DNA of 64,000 bases from Vicugna vicugna. Taxonomy: Eukaryota. Position 1 is the first letter of the stretch; the number at the start of each line of letters is the position of its first letter. Location of the stretch: contig MU058418.1 in assembly GCA_013265495.1 (NCBI GenBank), positions 1,140,917-1,204,916 of the forward strand, in the 5' to 3' direction. A program made the translations under genes and the position numbers. The notes under the pieces are model-generated. The model did no database searches. It was not told the DNA's origin and saw nothing but the letters and a program-made list of their open reading frames with translations. Positions 25,190 to 39,293 of this stretch are shown one piece after another.

Positions 25190-25699
25190 GAAGTGTTAGA
25201 ACTGAAGCTATAGACAGTGAAATCAGTGATGTAGGGAAACAACCTAAGAAGCTCTGCCAGTGTGTAGAAACAATAAAAAGTAAAATGATTAAAAAAAGTA
25301 AATAAGAACCCTGAAGAAAAGAGGTCTTAATGTGAACTTATTAGAAAGAAGGGTTTGAAATAAGAAAATTGATCATAATAATGAACTAAGTATAAGTGAA
25401 TATTTGCAGTTATTGATTGCTTATATATTTGTAAATTTTGTTCCCCGTGGAGAGAGAGTTTATAGATCCTGAGTGATTGTGTCATTTGTGGAACTGGTAA
25501 CTAGGGAAATAGTCAAATATTTTAGGATTTAAGATACACCTTCTACTTTTTTAAATTACTAGAAAAAACAATAGATCAAAGTAGAAATATTTCTTAGAGC
25601 AAAAGCTAGAAAGAAGAAACAACAAGAAAAAGGAACAAAAACCATGAAACAAGATCACATATAATCGATGACAGGAAATATAAATGGGTTGTGTTTATT

Positions 25700-26640
25700 A
25701 ATTAAAACCTCTTCTGATGTGGCTGATTAAGCTCCTAGCCAAATGACCTTCTTACAAAGACAATAATACATTTCACAGTAATACATTTTGAACAAAATTT
25801 ATAACAAGACTCTCTGTAGGTCCTAGAGAGTGAAAAAAGTCATAAAGATTATAGAGGGGAGACAAAACTTGGAAGAGGGTCCAAAATGGAAAGAATTTCC
25901 CATTTTTTTCTTTTTTCTCTTTTTAAAAATGGCTATCACCTTTAGGGCCGTGTTGGGTGACTAAAATTCTGAGAGAAAACCCACAGTCTTTCTGGCCAGA
26001 AGAACCAGATGGCAGAGTTTGCGGCAAGCATTACTGCTGGAAGATGAAAAATGAATCCCAGAGAGAATTAGATTGATATAGCCCCAAGTTCTATGTATAA
26101 ATCCTGTCCAAATCTCTTGACTGACCTCTGAACTGTACATTTGCAGGGTAAACCACAAGCTTTCTAAGGATAAGGTACTGAACTGAGATATAAGTTTATA
26201 GTTTGAGTCCAACCAGGTAATTTCCTGCTAAAACAAAAATGTCAACACTTTTCAGAAAACGAAACAGAATCTGTAAGGTCCAGGATCCCATCCCAAAGTG
26301 AAGAATAAGGAAAATATGACCTATCCTCAAGAGAAAAAAACATCAACAGAGACCAACCCCAATATGACCCAGATATTGGAATTAGCAGACAAGGGCTTTA
26401 AAGCAACAACTATAACTATAATTTGGGGGGAAATGAGGTAAAGAAAATATATTCATAATGAATGAAAAGATAGGAAATCTCAGCAGAGAAATAGAAACCA
26501 TAAAAATGTTCCAAATTTAAATTCTAGAACTAGAAAAGACAGTATCTTAAATAGAAATTCACTTCATGAGCTTAATAGCAGAATGGAGGACAGATTAGAG
26601 AACTTGAAATTATCCAATGTGAAGAATAGAAAATGATAGA
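25700..26640 (+). mobile_element. Old L1 5' region/ORF1 remnant
   Basis: gatattggaattagcagacaagggctttaaagca...cttaatagcagaatggag...agaacttgaa (ORF1 coiled-coil-like). Confidence 0.65.
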
Positions 26641-26657
26641 AGACAGTTTCTTCCTCA

Positions 26658-27410
26658 GTATAAATCTTTGACAGGAAGTCCCATCTAATTTTGTAGTTGA
26701 CATTGCAGAAAATAAGTGTAATATCATTGCAAAAGGGAAGTTGTGGAGAGAGATGGCTAAGGTCTGCGCTGACTCATCTGTGCAATTTTTGTAGAGATCA
26801 GTGTATGAACCACAATGAACTAAAACCACTCTAAAGAAGTTAGTCAAAGAACTCCATTCTCTCTCACCAACACCCCATCTTGTAGTTAGGGCTTCAGACT
26901 CTGAAGACAACATTTCGAGTCATAGTGAAAGCTGTTGTTGGCTGAGCCTTAGCTTCTCACACTTGATAATGAAATAAATGGTTTTAAATGTTAACAGGAG
27001 AGTCAGAGATCCTGCCGCTAGTTTTTGCCTGGCTGGTTTTGGGTCTTCTTCACACACAAGGGATTCCCGGATATGCCCAAGGTCTGTTTCCTCATTGTTT
27101 CCTCATTGAAGATTCTAGTCATGATATTTACACTCATTGAATTCTGTTATAAAAGGGAGCTCTGGTGTGAAAAACATCTTCATTGGTACTTCACTGAAAA
27201 TAAATATGTAAGTGTATGGATACGTAGTATTTTTGTAGTCAAGATTTTATGTAATGTTTTATTAAGTTTCTCTTTCATAGTTCCTTTTTAAAAAAGACCC
27301 CGTGGAGCCTATAATTTCCTTGGATTCCAGTTATCCCTGTTACAGGGGATTGCACCATTTAAGATGTTATAGGATATCTAAAGTGGAGGCTGGCTATTTT
27401 TTGAATAAAA
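26658..27410 (+). pseudogene. RAB22A: Decayed, 5'-truncated processed pseudogene of RAB22A (C-terminal CDS ~26658-26941 plus 3'UTR; 3' end approximate)
   Basis: Across frameshifts it reads L*QEVPSNFVVDIAENKCNII / REVVERD / AKVCADS / AIFVEIS...EVSQRTP...GFRL*RQHFES / SCC. This is colinear with RAB22A as I recall it (LRQHGPPNIVVAIAGNKCDLI, REVMERDAKDYADS, AIFVETS, EISRRIP, GFKLRRQPSEPKRSCC). No introns; multiple stops. Confidence 0.8.
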
Positions 27411-27729
27411 AATGTATTCATTTGATAGGACTATTTGTTGGATTGATGGAAAGGATTTAACCTTCCTGTTATCTTTAAAGCAATTTTCATTCAAAACATT
27501 ATTAATCAAGGATACATGTGGTAAATTAACATCAGCAACAATAAATGTGTATATCATCCTAACTTTCTTACTTTTAAATGTGTGTGTCATCACACATTAT
27601 TGACACTCAGCAATAAAAAAGAAAGAGCACATAACAACATGGATGTATTTTAGAACCATTAGGCTGAGTTGAAGAAGCTTTATTCAAAAGCTTTCCTTTT
27701 TCTGAAGTTTTAGATAAGGCTTTACGGTT

Positions 27730-29580
27730 TCCTTTGGTAATTTCAGTTTATATTTTTCACCTATAGGAGTCTGTCTTCAAGTGATTGTATACTGTTTCAG
27801 GTATAGAATAAGAACTTATCACCGTATATATCTTTTTCTCCCAGACTTTGTGCTATTGTTATCATACATTTTACTTCCACATGTGTTATAAATGTGACAA
27901 TACACTATTATTTTTGCTTTAAATAGTTATCTTTTAAAAGCATTTAGATAATTTAAAAAGGCTCATATTTACCCACAGTTACCATTTCTGGTACTCCTTA
28001 CTCCTTTGTGTAATCCAAGGTTCCATCCAGTATTATTTTTCTGCCTAAAGACTTCTTTTAAAGATTTCTTGTGGTTCTGGTGATGAATTCTTTCAGCTTT
28101 TGTATATCACAAAAAGTCTGTATTTTAAAATATATTTTTGCTTAGGATAGAATTCTATATTGACAGTTTCGTTTTTTCTCTTTTGACCTTTAAAGATGTT
28201 GCTCTACCATGTTCTGGCTTGCATTGTTTCCAATAAGAAGTTGCTGTCATTCTTATCATGTTCCTCTGTATGTAGTGTATCTTTTTTTCCTCTGGCTGCT
28301 TTTAAGGTTTTCTATAATCACCAGTTTTAAGCATATAGATTATAATAGGTCTCGATTTAGTTTTCTTCATGTTTCTTGTGCTTGGACTTTAATGAGCAAC
28401 TTAGATCTATGGGTTTATAGTTTTCATCAAGTTTGAAAATAATTTGGCCATTATTTCTTCAAATATTTTTCCTATCTCCTCTTCTCTCCTTTGAGTACTA
28501 CAATTGCACATATATTAGGTTGCTTAAAGTTGCCCTAGAAGTCACTTATTTTCTGTGCATTTTTCTTAGTTTTTTAATTCTCTCTGAGCTTCATTTTGGC
28601 TAGTTTTTAACTGATATGATTTAAAGTTCACTAATACTTTCTTCTGCAATGTTTAACCTGCTATTATTCCCATCCAGCATATTTTTCATCTCACATATTG
28701 TAGTTTGCATCTTGAAAAGTTCATCTTGGGTCTTTTTAATATTTTCCCATATCTTTATTTGATATGCTCACTCTTCTAGCTACTTGAACACATGGAATAC
28801 AGCAATAACTGTTTTAATGTTCTTGTCTTCTAAATTTATTATCTATGTCATTCCTAGCTCCGTTTCTGTTGATTGATTTTACTCCTTGTTCTGGGTCATT
28901 TTTTCCTGTTTCTTTGCATACTGGTAGTTTTTCATCAGATGCCAGACAATATGAATTTTACTTTTACTTTGTTGAGTGCTAGGTATTTTTATATCCTTAT
29001 AAATATTCTTGGGCTTTATTCTCTTTTTTAGAGGCAGTTTGATTCTTTTGGGTATTGCTTTTAAGTTTTCTATGGCAGGACTAGAGTGCATTTAGTCTAG
29101 GACTAATTTTCATCACTACTGAGATAAATTCCTTCTCAGTATTCTGCCCAATACCCCATAAATTAAGAGGTTTTCCAATCTGACTGGTGGAGAAAGGTAC
29201 TATTCCCAGCCTGTGTGAGCCCCAGTCATGGTTTCTTTGAGTACTTTCGGATGATTCTTTCCCTGGCTTCTGGTAGCTTCCTCATACACATATGCTGATC
29301 AGTACTGAGCTGGGGACTCAACTGGGACCCTCAGCATATCCTTAGAGCTCTCTTTTCTCCAGTACACTTTGATACACTGACCTTTAAATTCTAGCTGCTT
29401 TTTCCTCCCTGAACTCTCACCCTTTTCCTCAGTCAGGGAGACTGCCAGGCACTGCTTGGGTTCTCCATCCCTGTGCAGAATGCTATAAACTTTACCCAGG
29501 CACTAAGCTAGGGCAGTTGTAGAACTCAGTGTATTTGTTTCCTGTTCTTGGGACAACTGTCCCTTGTTCCTGGTCTAGTG
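27730..29580 (-). mobile_element. Old L1 5' region/ORF1 remnant
   Basis: T-rich antisense L1M text; 28790-28920 is a reverse-complement homologue of 26300-26420. Confidence 0.65.
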
Positions 29581-31544
29581 TTTATACAAAGCTGTGAACA
29601 CCAGGTCTGGAGATTATGGAAGGCCACTGTAAAAGTCTGTCCACAATAGTGGATTCAAGGAAAGCTTGGTAGAGAATGTGGCAGTAGAATTTGAGCAGTA
29701 GATTGTATAGTATTAGAAAAGAAGGTAGAGGTAAAGTCATGAACTCATGCTGACTACTCGGCCTAGGATACCCTTCCTTCCTTTCTGCTTGGTGGCACAC
29801 TGCTCATTTTTCCAAGGTAATCTGGTCCCATTGTTACCTGTAAAGCTGCCTTTGAACCCAGATAAAATGAGTAGCTTCTTACGTTGTGTCTTATGTTTAT
29901 ACCTTGTATCCCTTTTTACTTTGTATCATGGTTATGATCTGGCTGTGTCTGGCTGTGTCCGTTAGCTGTGGCTAGTCTAACTTGTCACAATGTGGTTCTG
30001 AAAAGGTCTACAAGTTTTAGACTTTGCCTCTAAAATTCTAGCTATACCAATTACTGGCTGGGAATTTAGAAAATTATTTTTAAAACTCTGAGTATTAGTT
30101 TATTTGTAAAATAGAGGTAGAAATATTTACTTTGTAGCATTATGATTTCTATACAGTGTCTAGCAAGCTTCCTGGTTCCTGGTAGGTGTTCTGTAAATCC
30201 TAGTTTCTCCCTTTATTGATCTTTTGTGCTCATTTCAGTGCACATAGTAGGAATTTATGAATGTATGTTGAATTGAATATAAAACTGTAATATACCATCA
30301 AATGGGAACATTTAATTAGCTGTATTATCTACACATTTAGTAAAATACTGTTTGGACTCCAATTTGTGTTTTAAAAAGAAGCTAAGTAGCTCTTCCTGCT
30401 TATCTGGTCTAAAGGTGCCATTGTCTTTTAATCTATGCTTAAATAAGAATCTCCTGGAAGGATAAATAGGATTGGTTCCATAAAGCCATAGAATTTTTTT
30501 GTGTTAATGTATAGGAAAACTCCTTTTAATTACCTATCTTAAAAGTTTTCTTAGTCTAAACCCATGTGTGCTTATATAAATAAGCATTAATTATTCATCC
30601 TGTTGGTTTTGACATGTGGATTTTTAAGGAAAAGATCTGCATATCCATGTGCATCTCCAAAGTATTTATGTAGATCCTTGTAATTACTTTAAAAATCCTC
30701 TTTGCATGTATTTCATCTGTAAGTATTATTACAGTTATTCACAGTGGAGAATGTAGAGGTCCTTATACCATTCTCAAAAAAATGAATGTCCCATAATTCC
30801 AGTACTCTGTCTTATATGACCAAGTGCTCGTTTAGCTCTGTTCAGAGATCATTAAAAAGTCGTAGAAAGAACTTCTACTGAATTTTAAAATAGTATTTAG
30901 TAAATAATGACAAATGTTGATATAAATGTATTATAAAATCTTTATGTCTAAGAAAAATAATATTAAACAACTAGTATTAAAAATTTGGTAGCTAAATAAC
31001 ATTTTAGGAGATAGATCTGTTGTATTGATAATTAACATAATATCTGAATTGCAAAAAACTCTTCAATTTAATGAGCATAGTCCTTTTTCACTTAAGTATC
31101 CTATAAAAACCTAAAGGTTTTCAAGCCAAATGAATTCTGTTTAGAATTTTGTTTAGAAAATACTTCCCAGAACATGAAGTTTAAATTATATATCCTTGTA
31201 AAGGCTGATTTTTAAAAAACAACCCTTTAAAAATTAAATCTCAAAGACTTAAAGGCATTGTTATTTTGCTTTGACTTTGCTGAGTGGAAATCTTTTAATC
31301 AAGAATATCACAAGTGGGCCTTTACATCTCTCATTGCGATTAACCTACTGAACAGTAAATGCCTGTTAAATTATGTCTCAGGTCCTGTCTTATATGTCCA
31401 TAAAAAAAGAGAACAGTAAGACCAAAAGTTTACCTTAACATAGGTACCTTATCATAGCTAAACTTGTGTGCTATGTTTTAGTTTTAATTCTGTAACTTTG
31501 TGTTCTTTGATATTCACTAATGTGTATGTTTTTTTCTCCAATAA

Positions 31545-32060
31545 ATTTTGAAAGGGCATGTTGAGCATAATTGACATATAATAATAAATGTCATATATTT
31601 AAAGGATACAATATTTAAAATATTAATGTATGTATACGCATATGAAATCACCACCACAATCTCACACCCCACATTTTCCTCCTCCTCCTTTTCAGCTCTC
31701 CTAGCCATCTCTGCTCCAATACCTTCCTTCCCTAGGCAACCGCTGATTTGTGTTCTATTACTATAGATCAGTTGGTTTTTTCTAGAGTTTTATATAAAAG
31801 GAATCACACAATATGGTACTATTTTTTGAGGAAAGGTGGGGGGGGTCTTGCTTCTTTTACCCTGCATAATTATTTTGAGATTCATCTTTTTTTGTGTATG
31901 AATCATTTATATTTTTACTGCTGAGTAGTATTTCATTATACAGATATGCCATAGTTTATCCATTTACCTGATGATGAACATTTGGATTGCTTCCAGGTTT
32001 TGGCTGTTACAAATAAAGGCTCATTTTTAGCTGTAATGAATAAAGCTTCTATGAACATTG
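31545..32060 (-). mobile_element. Old L1 3'UTR fragment
   Basis: ctaggcaaccgctgatttg...gctgagtagtatttcatt...atttggattgcttccaggttttggct. Confidence 0.65.
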
Positions 32061-33481
32061 AGTGTGTTTTAAAAATTATTTCATTTTTGAATTTTACCAC
32101 TTACTGGCAATCATGGCTGTCAACTCTTATACAGCAACGTTTTTATACACCTTCTGCAGCAGGCTTAGTAATTAGGAAAGACTATGAAAATTCCTAACTT
32201 TAAACCCATTTCCTACATTTTATTCATTTGAGGTATTGATTGTAGGAAACAAAAGATCTCATTTTGAATTTTGAAATCCTCACAGTCTGGCTAGCATTAT
32301 CTGACCTTTTATAATATCCCTAAATAAAAATTTTAAATATAACTGAATTTAAAGCCTGTAGTCCTTAATTAACCAAAGAGCTTATGCAAATACTTTCTTC
32401 TCCATAATGATGTTATGATGAATATTTTTCTAAAGAGAATAAATGTTTCCTAATGACCATATTTTATTTCCATAAGTAAATGTGGCAGTTGAAATCTTAG
32501 TGATCAAATTTTCTCTAAACAAGTAAATATAGAAAGATTCCATAACACAATACTTAAAAAGAAAAATTGAGACAAAAGCTAACATGTATTTTTATAATTG
32601 AGAAAACTTTTTACTGTTCACATTTTTATACTTTTTCATTTTTTAAATCTCATTACTTTATTATAGAGTGGACTTTTAAAAAGAATGTTTTAAATGCAAT
32701 AAAATTTTAACTTCTTGAGAAATATTCTGTCTCCATTTTTAAAGAAAAATGTGTAAAACTTAAAATTTATTTCCCCTTTCCCCTTGTTTGTTCTTAACTA
32801 TATGTGTATTTATGTGTATATATGAACATATATACACCATGGCATGCATATATATATATATATATATGTAAAACCAGTCTATGGCAATAAAAACTATCTG
32901 TTTATGATGTATAGTTGCATTAAATTTATAATCTATTGAGAATAGAGTTCTAAGTTTTAGGGTGTTTCTTTAAAATAAAGTGACCTTAATGCCACATATA
33001 TAAATACATGCACAGTTTTGTGTATTGCTGTGTCTTCTTAAAAGGCTTAATTTTACTACAAAATTTTCTAAACTAAGAACTTTTATTATACATTGAGACA
33101 AGGGGCATATAATTTGTTTCCCAGTAGAATCTATACATTCTAATATTAAGTGCTTTTAAATATATCATCTTCTTATGTTGAGTTACTGGTTTAGGCCCAT
33201 TTGTGATATCTTCCAAATTCTTTTCTTGCTTTTTGTTATGGTTTAAAGTTAGTTTGATTGAGTACCTTTTGATATTCTTTCTGTGATTATTAATTTTTTC
33301 TCTTATTAAGAATATAATAAGTTTTGTGTGGTACCAGAATAGATACCAGTTTTGACTGTTTTTCTTCTCTTCTGCTTCTTTATCTTTTTCATGAGTAGAA
33401 AGCATTATTTGCTGGGCTAAAATAGAAGCTAACATTATAATTTAGGTTAAATAAAAAGCTAATACTAATTTTTTCTTTCAG

Positions 33482-33540
33482 ATCTCTATAAAAATGGACT
33501 CCAAAGAGCTAACTTTGTACCATTCATAGCTGTCCTGAAG
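33482..33540 (+). CDS. AFG1L: AFG1L internal coding exon, 59 bp
   Basis: ttttctttcAG acceptor and GTAAGG donor. Translates (D)LYKNGLQRANFVPFIAVLK. I did not find the next exon before 64000. Confidence 0.95.
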
Positions 33541-35474
33541 GTAAGGAAAATTACTTGCTTATGTTCACTGAGTAATATCGTATTGATTGATAATCAAGGG
33601 CTTTTATAGGATTGCCATGGTCTTGAATTCGAGTAGAATTTATGTTGGTATTCGATAATAATAGTCAGAGACACTAAAGGAGAAAAGAATCTTTTTTATA
33701 TAGTATTCATCAATGTGTACACAGAAAAAAATTACAAAACATAGTTTAAATTATTATCTGGCTGAAACATTTGATAGTTTGCATTTTATAAATTTTAATT
33801 TGAGGTTTGCTCATAAATATTATAGTGGAATGTTTAAACTTATACATTGATTTCTGAAAAAATGTTTAATGTTCCCTGTTTCCTTCAGGTTAATGGCCAT
33901 TAACATGTTTTCCCAGCTATTAAAGTTGCTATTCTGGAGTAGCATTATTACAAAAATATTCTAATATATTTAAATGTGATTGCCATCAAGTTATCATGAA
34001 ATTATGTCAAGTTGGGGCACATAAATAGTTTAAATATTTGTGTGTATCATCACTGCATAGAGTTTAAAATAGTCTTCATTACAATATGATTAAGAATAAA
34101 GTAGCCTCCTTTTTCACTGTTAATTTTAGTAATTTTTTTTACATGATTATTCAATAATTCTACATTCTACTAGTATTTATTGGGAACCTACTATGTGCAA
34201 AGTGCTATATTAGGCATAATGGAAAATATAGTTATAAATATGCCATGTTTCTTGTAAGTCATTTATAATCTGGTTGGGCATATAGTATGTACACAAACAC
34301 CTATAACACGAAGCAAAATGTAATAAAGTACCAAAAAGGAACATATGTGCCAAAATATAAAATTCCTGTTACTTTAAGGTACATAATTTTTCCCTGTTCA
34401 TAGCAATGTATCTGAAGGATAAAGTTGTATTTTTTTAAAAAAGACCTTAAACCTCAAAAATTCTTCCCAGGAAGGAGAGTAAAAACAGTTTCTCTTCAGA
34501 TAGTCTAAAGATATAGTCAGACAACCTTTTTGAAATATACTTCAGTTGGAATAATTGTTGGTGCCAAACTTTATTCCCTGTGCTATACTTAGGAGAATCC
34601 AAACATCTGTCTCCTTGACCAATTTTAGGTTCTTGGAGGATTTTAATTTCTCTGAGATATTTATAGATTTAGGAAAAAGTATTTTTTGAAGATTTATGCT
34701 GTTAGTAATTTTTTCCCCTTTGTATTCATGTTTTGCATTTGAGGAGAAGGTGGACTTGCAGTGTTTTCTCCATGCCTGGAATCCAAAGTGATGTGGTCTA
34801 TGTAGATACCAAAATACAAACAGGGAAGCTAAGAAAAATAGGTGCTAAAAATAGTATCTTTATATAGCATAAAATACACAGAATGTAAAGAGAGAAGGCT
34901 CACAGAATGAAACAAGTTAAAAGGTTCTCAGGGAACTTTGTAGCTGTACTTTATTTTAATCCCAAACCTTCTTTTTTGGTCAGTACTTAGTCATACTTTA
35001 ACATATAATAGCATTACTAATAGGCAACTAAATTGGCCAGATTGAATTTAATTTCTTTTCGCTTTCCCACCCTTAAGGTTTTTTTTTTTTTTTTTTAAGG
35101 AAGGAAAACCAAAGAGATAAATAATCTGAATTTGAAAATTTAACAAGAACTGAGATAAATAACACACAATCTGAAATTAAACATGAACTGAAATTTGCAG
35201 GATACTAAATACCAGACTGGATGAGAAAAGGTCTGAAATGTCTCATTTATTCAAAAGACTTTTCACATATTACAAAACATCCTAGTGAAATGTTCACTAG
35301 AGCTGGTTTCCCTGGAGCTTTTTTGGTGAGCATATCAAGTTTCCCTTGTAAGGCAAAGTTATTTCATATTAATTTAAATGCCATTTTGCCTGTTCATACA
35401 TGCTAGCATTGCTTTTTCATTTTGGCCCAGATGAGAGACATGTATAGTAGAAGTCAGTCTTAAAACAAATAGAC

Positions 35475-35599
35475 GGGGGAGGTTATAGCTCAGTGGTAGA
35501 GCACATGTTTAGCATGCATGACGTTCTAGGTTCCATCTCTAGTACTTCCATTAAAAACAAACAAATACACTTAATCTCTGCCCCTCCCCCCAAAACCAA
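35475..35599 (+). mobile_element. tRNA-derived SINE (vic-1-like), second copy
   Basis: gggggaggttatagctcagtggtagagc...; TSD taaaacaaataga at 35461-35473 and 35600-35612. Confidence 0.85.
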
Positions 35600-35844
35600 T
35601 AAAACAAATAGAGACTCTTAGTTTAATAAAAAGTGATTATAAATAAGATAGAAACTTATTTTGGGGAAAAGTACAGTGTAAAATCTATTTTCTCCTTTAT
35701 GTTTTCTTTTATAAACCATGTGATAACAAGTTTGTAATTCACCCCAAGAATTTGTGATTTGTTGCTTGAAGTCTTTCAAAAAAAGCTATTAGTAAATAGT
35801 ATTTTCATAAGATAGTAGGAATGATGAGGAGGATTAATATGCTG

Positions 35845-36278
35845 TTAAATGTCAAAGGTCCATCAACAGATGAATAACCAAAATGTGACATATTTATATA
35901 ATGAAATATTGTTCTGCCATAAAAAGAAATGAAATTCTGACATGATACATTATGAATGAACCTTGAAAGCATGTTAGGTGAGATGAGCCAGACACAAAAG
36001 GACAAATATTATATGATTCCACTTATATGTGGTACCTAGGAAAGGTAAATTCATAGAGATAGAAAGTAAATAGAGGTTACCAGGGCCTGGGAGGAGAGAG
36101 GAGTGGGGAGTTATAGTTTCATGGGTGTGGAGTCTCTGTTTAGGATGATGAAGAGTTCTGGAATGGTGATGGTTGCATAACTTTGTGAATGTACTTAATG
36201 CCATTGAGTTGTACGCTTACAAATGGTTAAAATGATAGATTTTTTGTTATGTATATTTTACCACAATTTATTTAAAAA
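35845..36278 (+). mobile_element. L1MB-like 3' end
   Basis: gtccatcaacagatgaat...atatgattccacttatatg...gtatattttaccacaat. Confidence 0.8.
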
Positions 36279-37377
36279 GGAAGGGTTAAAAAAGCCACAG
36301 AACCAGAAAGGATATACAAAATGATCAGGTACATTTCCTCCAGGAACTCTTTGTAAAAAGCAAAGGAAAACAAAACAAAAAACCCAAACTCTTACATATA
36401 AATTTTTACTGCCATTATAAGTAGGGAGGTTCCTATTTTGCTCTCATATGTTATTTCTGAGTTTATTTTGCTATTCTTTTTAAATTTTTCTGAAATTAAT
36501 TTTTATCTCATTTTAACCTTCTTTCCTAAATGCATTTAAGGCTATTTATTTCCCTCTAAATAACTGTATCCATTGAAGTTTTGATACTTAGTATTTTCAC
36601 TCTTAAGTTCAAAGTATTTTCTAATTTCCATTGTGATTTCTTCTTTAACCCATGAATCATCTAGAAGTATGTTTCTTAATTTCCAAACACATGAGAATTT
36701 TCTAGTTATCCTTTTGTTACTGTTTTCTTAATAAATGTTTAATTGCATTGTGATGAGAGAAATGTGCTCTTTGTGACTTAAGTTTTTTCAGATTTGTTGA
36801 AACTTGCTTTATGGTCCAATATGTGGATAATTTTTGTAAATATTCACAGCATTCTTAAAAGTAATGAGTACTCTCCAGTTATTGTGTGATATGTATAACA
36901 CTCATTAAGTTAGGTTAGTTAATTATGCTGTTCAAATCTTTATTCTTATGTATTTTTCCTATCAGTTATTGGAAAGCCTATGGAAAACATCTCCCATTAT
37001 GATTGTCAATTTGTCCATTTCTCTTATAATTCTGTCATTGATCTTACATTTTTGGAGGCTATGTTATACATTGCATACAGATTTAAAATGACTAAATATT
37101 GCTTGTAAACGGAATTTTTTAAAGTATTTTTTTATCATGAGGTAGTGATACTCCTTTGTTTCAAGCATAGCTGTAATTTCCTGTTGAAGCATTTTTGTCA
37201 CATCTGCTTTCAAATCTTTATCAGATAATTTTAACATCTCTGTCATTTATTGATTGTTGGCATGTATTGATTGTCTTTTTACATTCAGTTTGAGGTCTTT
37301 GTGGTTTTTGGTATGAGGGATTTTCAACTGAAACTTCAGTATTTTCATAATTCATCACAAGACTTTGGATCTTATTT

Positions 37378-38209
37378 TTTTAACCAGTAGTTTACTGTGG
37401 TAAAATATATGTAACATATAATTTATCATTTTAACTAGTTTAAATATACAGTTCAGTGGCCTTAAGTACATCCACTTTGTTGTGCAACCATCACCACCAT
37501 CCATCTCCAGAGCTTTTTCATCTTCCCAAACTGAAATTCTGTACTCTTTAAATAATCACTTCCCTATTCTTCCCCTCTCCCAGATCCTGGTAACCGCCAT
37601 TCTACTTTCTGTCCTTATGAATTTGTCATCTCTAGAAGCCTTAAGTAAATAGAATTATGTAATATTTGTCCTTTTCTGTCTGGCCTGTTTCATTTACCGT
37701 AGTGACTTCAAGGTTCACCCATGCTGTAGCAAATGTTTGAATTCCATTCCTCTTTAAGGCTAATATCCCATTATATGTATATACCAATTTTGTTTATCCA
37801 TTCATCAGTTGATGGACATTTTGGTTGTTTCTACCTTTTGGCTATTGTAAGTAATGCTGCTGTGAACCTTTGTGTACAAATATCTGAGTCCCTGCTTTCA
37901 GTTCTTTGTGTATATACCCAGGAATGGAATTGCTGGATCACATGGTAATTATATGTTTAATTTTTTGAGGAACTGCCATACTGTTTTCCATAATAGCTTT
38001 ACCACTTTGCATTCCCACTAGTAATGCACAAGGGTTCCAGTGTCTCTATAACCTCTCCAACACTTACTATTTTCTGCTTAAAAAAAAATCATAGTCATCC
38101 TAATGGGTGTGAGGTGGTATCTCATTGTGTTTTGATTTGCATTTCTCAAACGATTAGTGATATTGAGCATCTTTTCCTGTGCTTCTTGGCCACATGTATA
38201 TCTTCTTTG
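37378..38209 (-). mobile_element. L1MB-like 3' fragment
   Basis: tgtggtaaaatatatgtaacat...ctcattgtgttttgatttgcatttc; TSD tggatcttattt at 37366-37377 and 38210-38221. Confidence 0.85.
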
Positions 38210-38824
38210 TGGATCTTATTTAAACTTTCTGTTTTAACTGGACATTTTTGACACTGTTCTGGTAGGAGCAGAGACACTGCCTTATGGTAGTACTTGCGGT
38301 AGTAACCAGATGTAGTGACCAGATGTAGGTGAAAGTCTAGGTTCCCTGTTGAGCCTATTGACACCTGAGGCAAGGGTTCTCTAGGTTACTGCTGGTGGAG
38401 GGGTTCCCATTTCCACTGACATCATGGGGGTAGGGAGGATTGGCATTATTGGCTGCAAGGGAGGAAAGTTCCAGCTCCCTACTTGGCCATCTTTAACGTT
38501 AATCTGTCAGGAGTGTTGAGTTGCCTCATCACATTCTTCTGAGAGTGTAATTCTAGGCTCTCTTCGTTCTTTTCTAGAATGAGAGGAGGTGGTACCACAG
38601 TTTTGTGTAGTGTTTGCTGCAGTAGAACGGTTATTGTCTTAAAGTTTTCTCTCTTGTTATCCTGCCATTTTCCTAGTCCTTTGGCTGAAGAGAGCAGGCT
38701 TTTGTTGTCCATTGGGATTCCTGACTTGCTGGCTTCTTCAGCTCCCTGTTTGAAATATATGCATCAAAAAGAAAACCAGAGAACTCACTATTCTTTGCTC
38801 TTTAGGTCTTGAGGTTTCTTGCTG

Positions 38825-38986
38825 TTTTTCTTTTCTCTCTCCCTCCCTCCCTCCCTCCTTTTCTTTCCTTTCCTTTCCTTTCCTTTCCTTTCCTTTCCTT
38901 TCCTTTCCTTTCCTTTCCTTTCCTTTCCTTTCCTTTCCTTTTCTTTTCTTTTCTTTTCTTTTCTTTTCTTTTCTTTTCTTTTCTTT

Positions 38987-39038
<52 letters not shown>

Positions 39039-39122
39039 TCCTTCTTTCTTTCCTTCTTTCCTTCTCTTTCCTTCTTTCTTTCGTTCCTTCCTTCCTTTCT
39101 TTCCTTCTTTCCTTCTTTCTTT

Positions 39123-39192
<70 letters not shown>

Positions 39193-39293
39193 TTCCTTCC
39201 TTCCTTCCTTCCTTCCTTCCTTCCTTCCTTCCTTTCCTTTCCTTTCTTTCTTTCTTCCTTTCTTTCTTCCTTTCCTTTCTTTTCTTTCTTTCC
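38825..39293. repeat. Compound polypyrimidine microsatellite (CCCT)n(TTTCC)n(TTTTC)n(TTTC)n(TTCC)n
   Basis: 469 bp of C/T with a single G at 39083. Confidence 0.98.
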
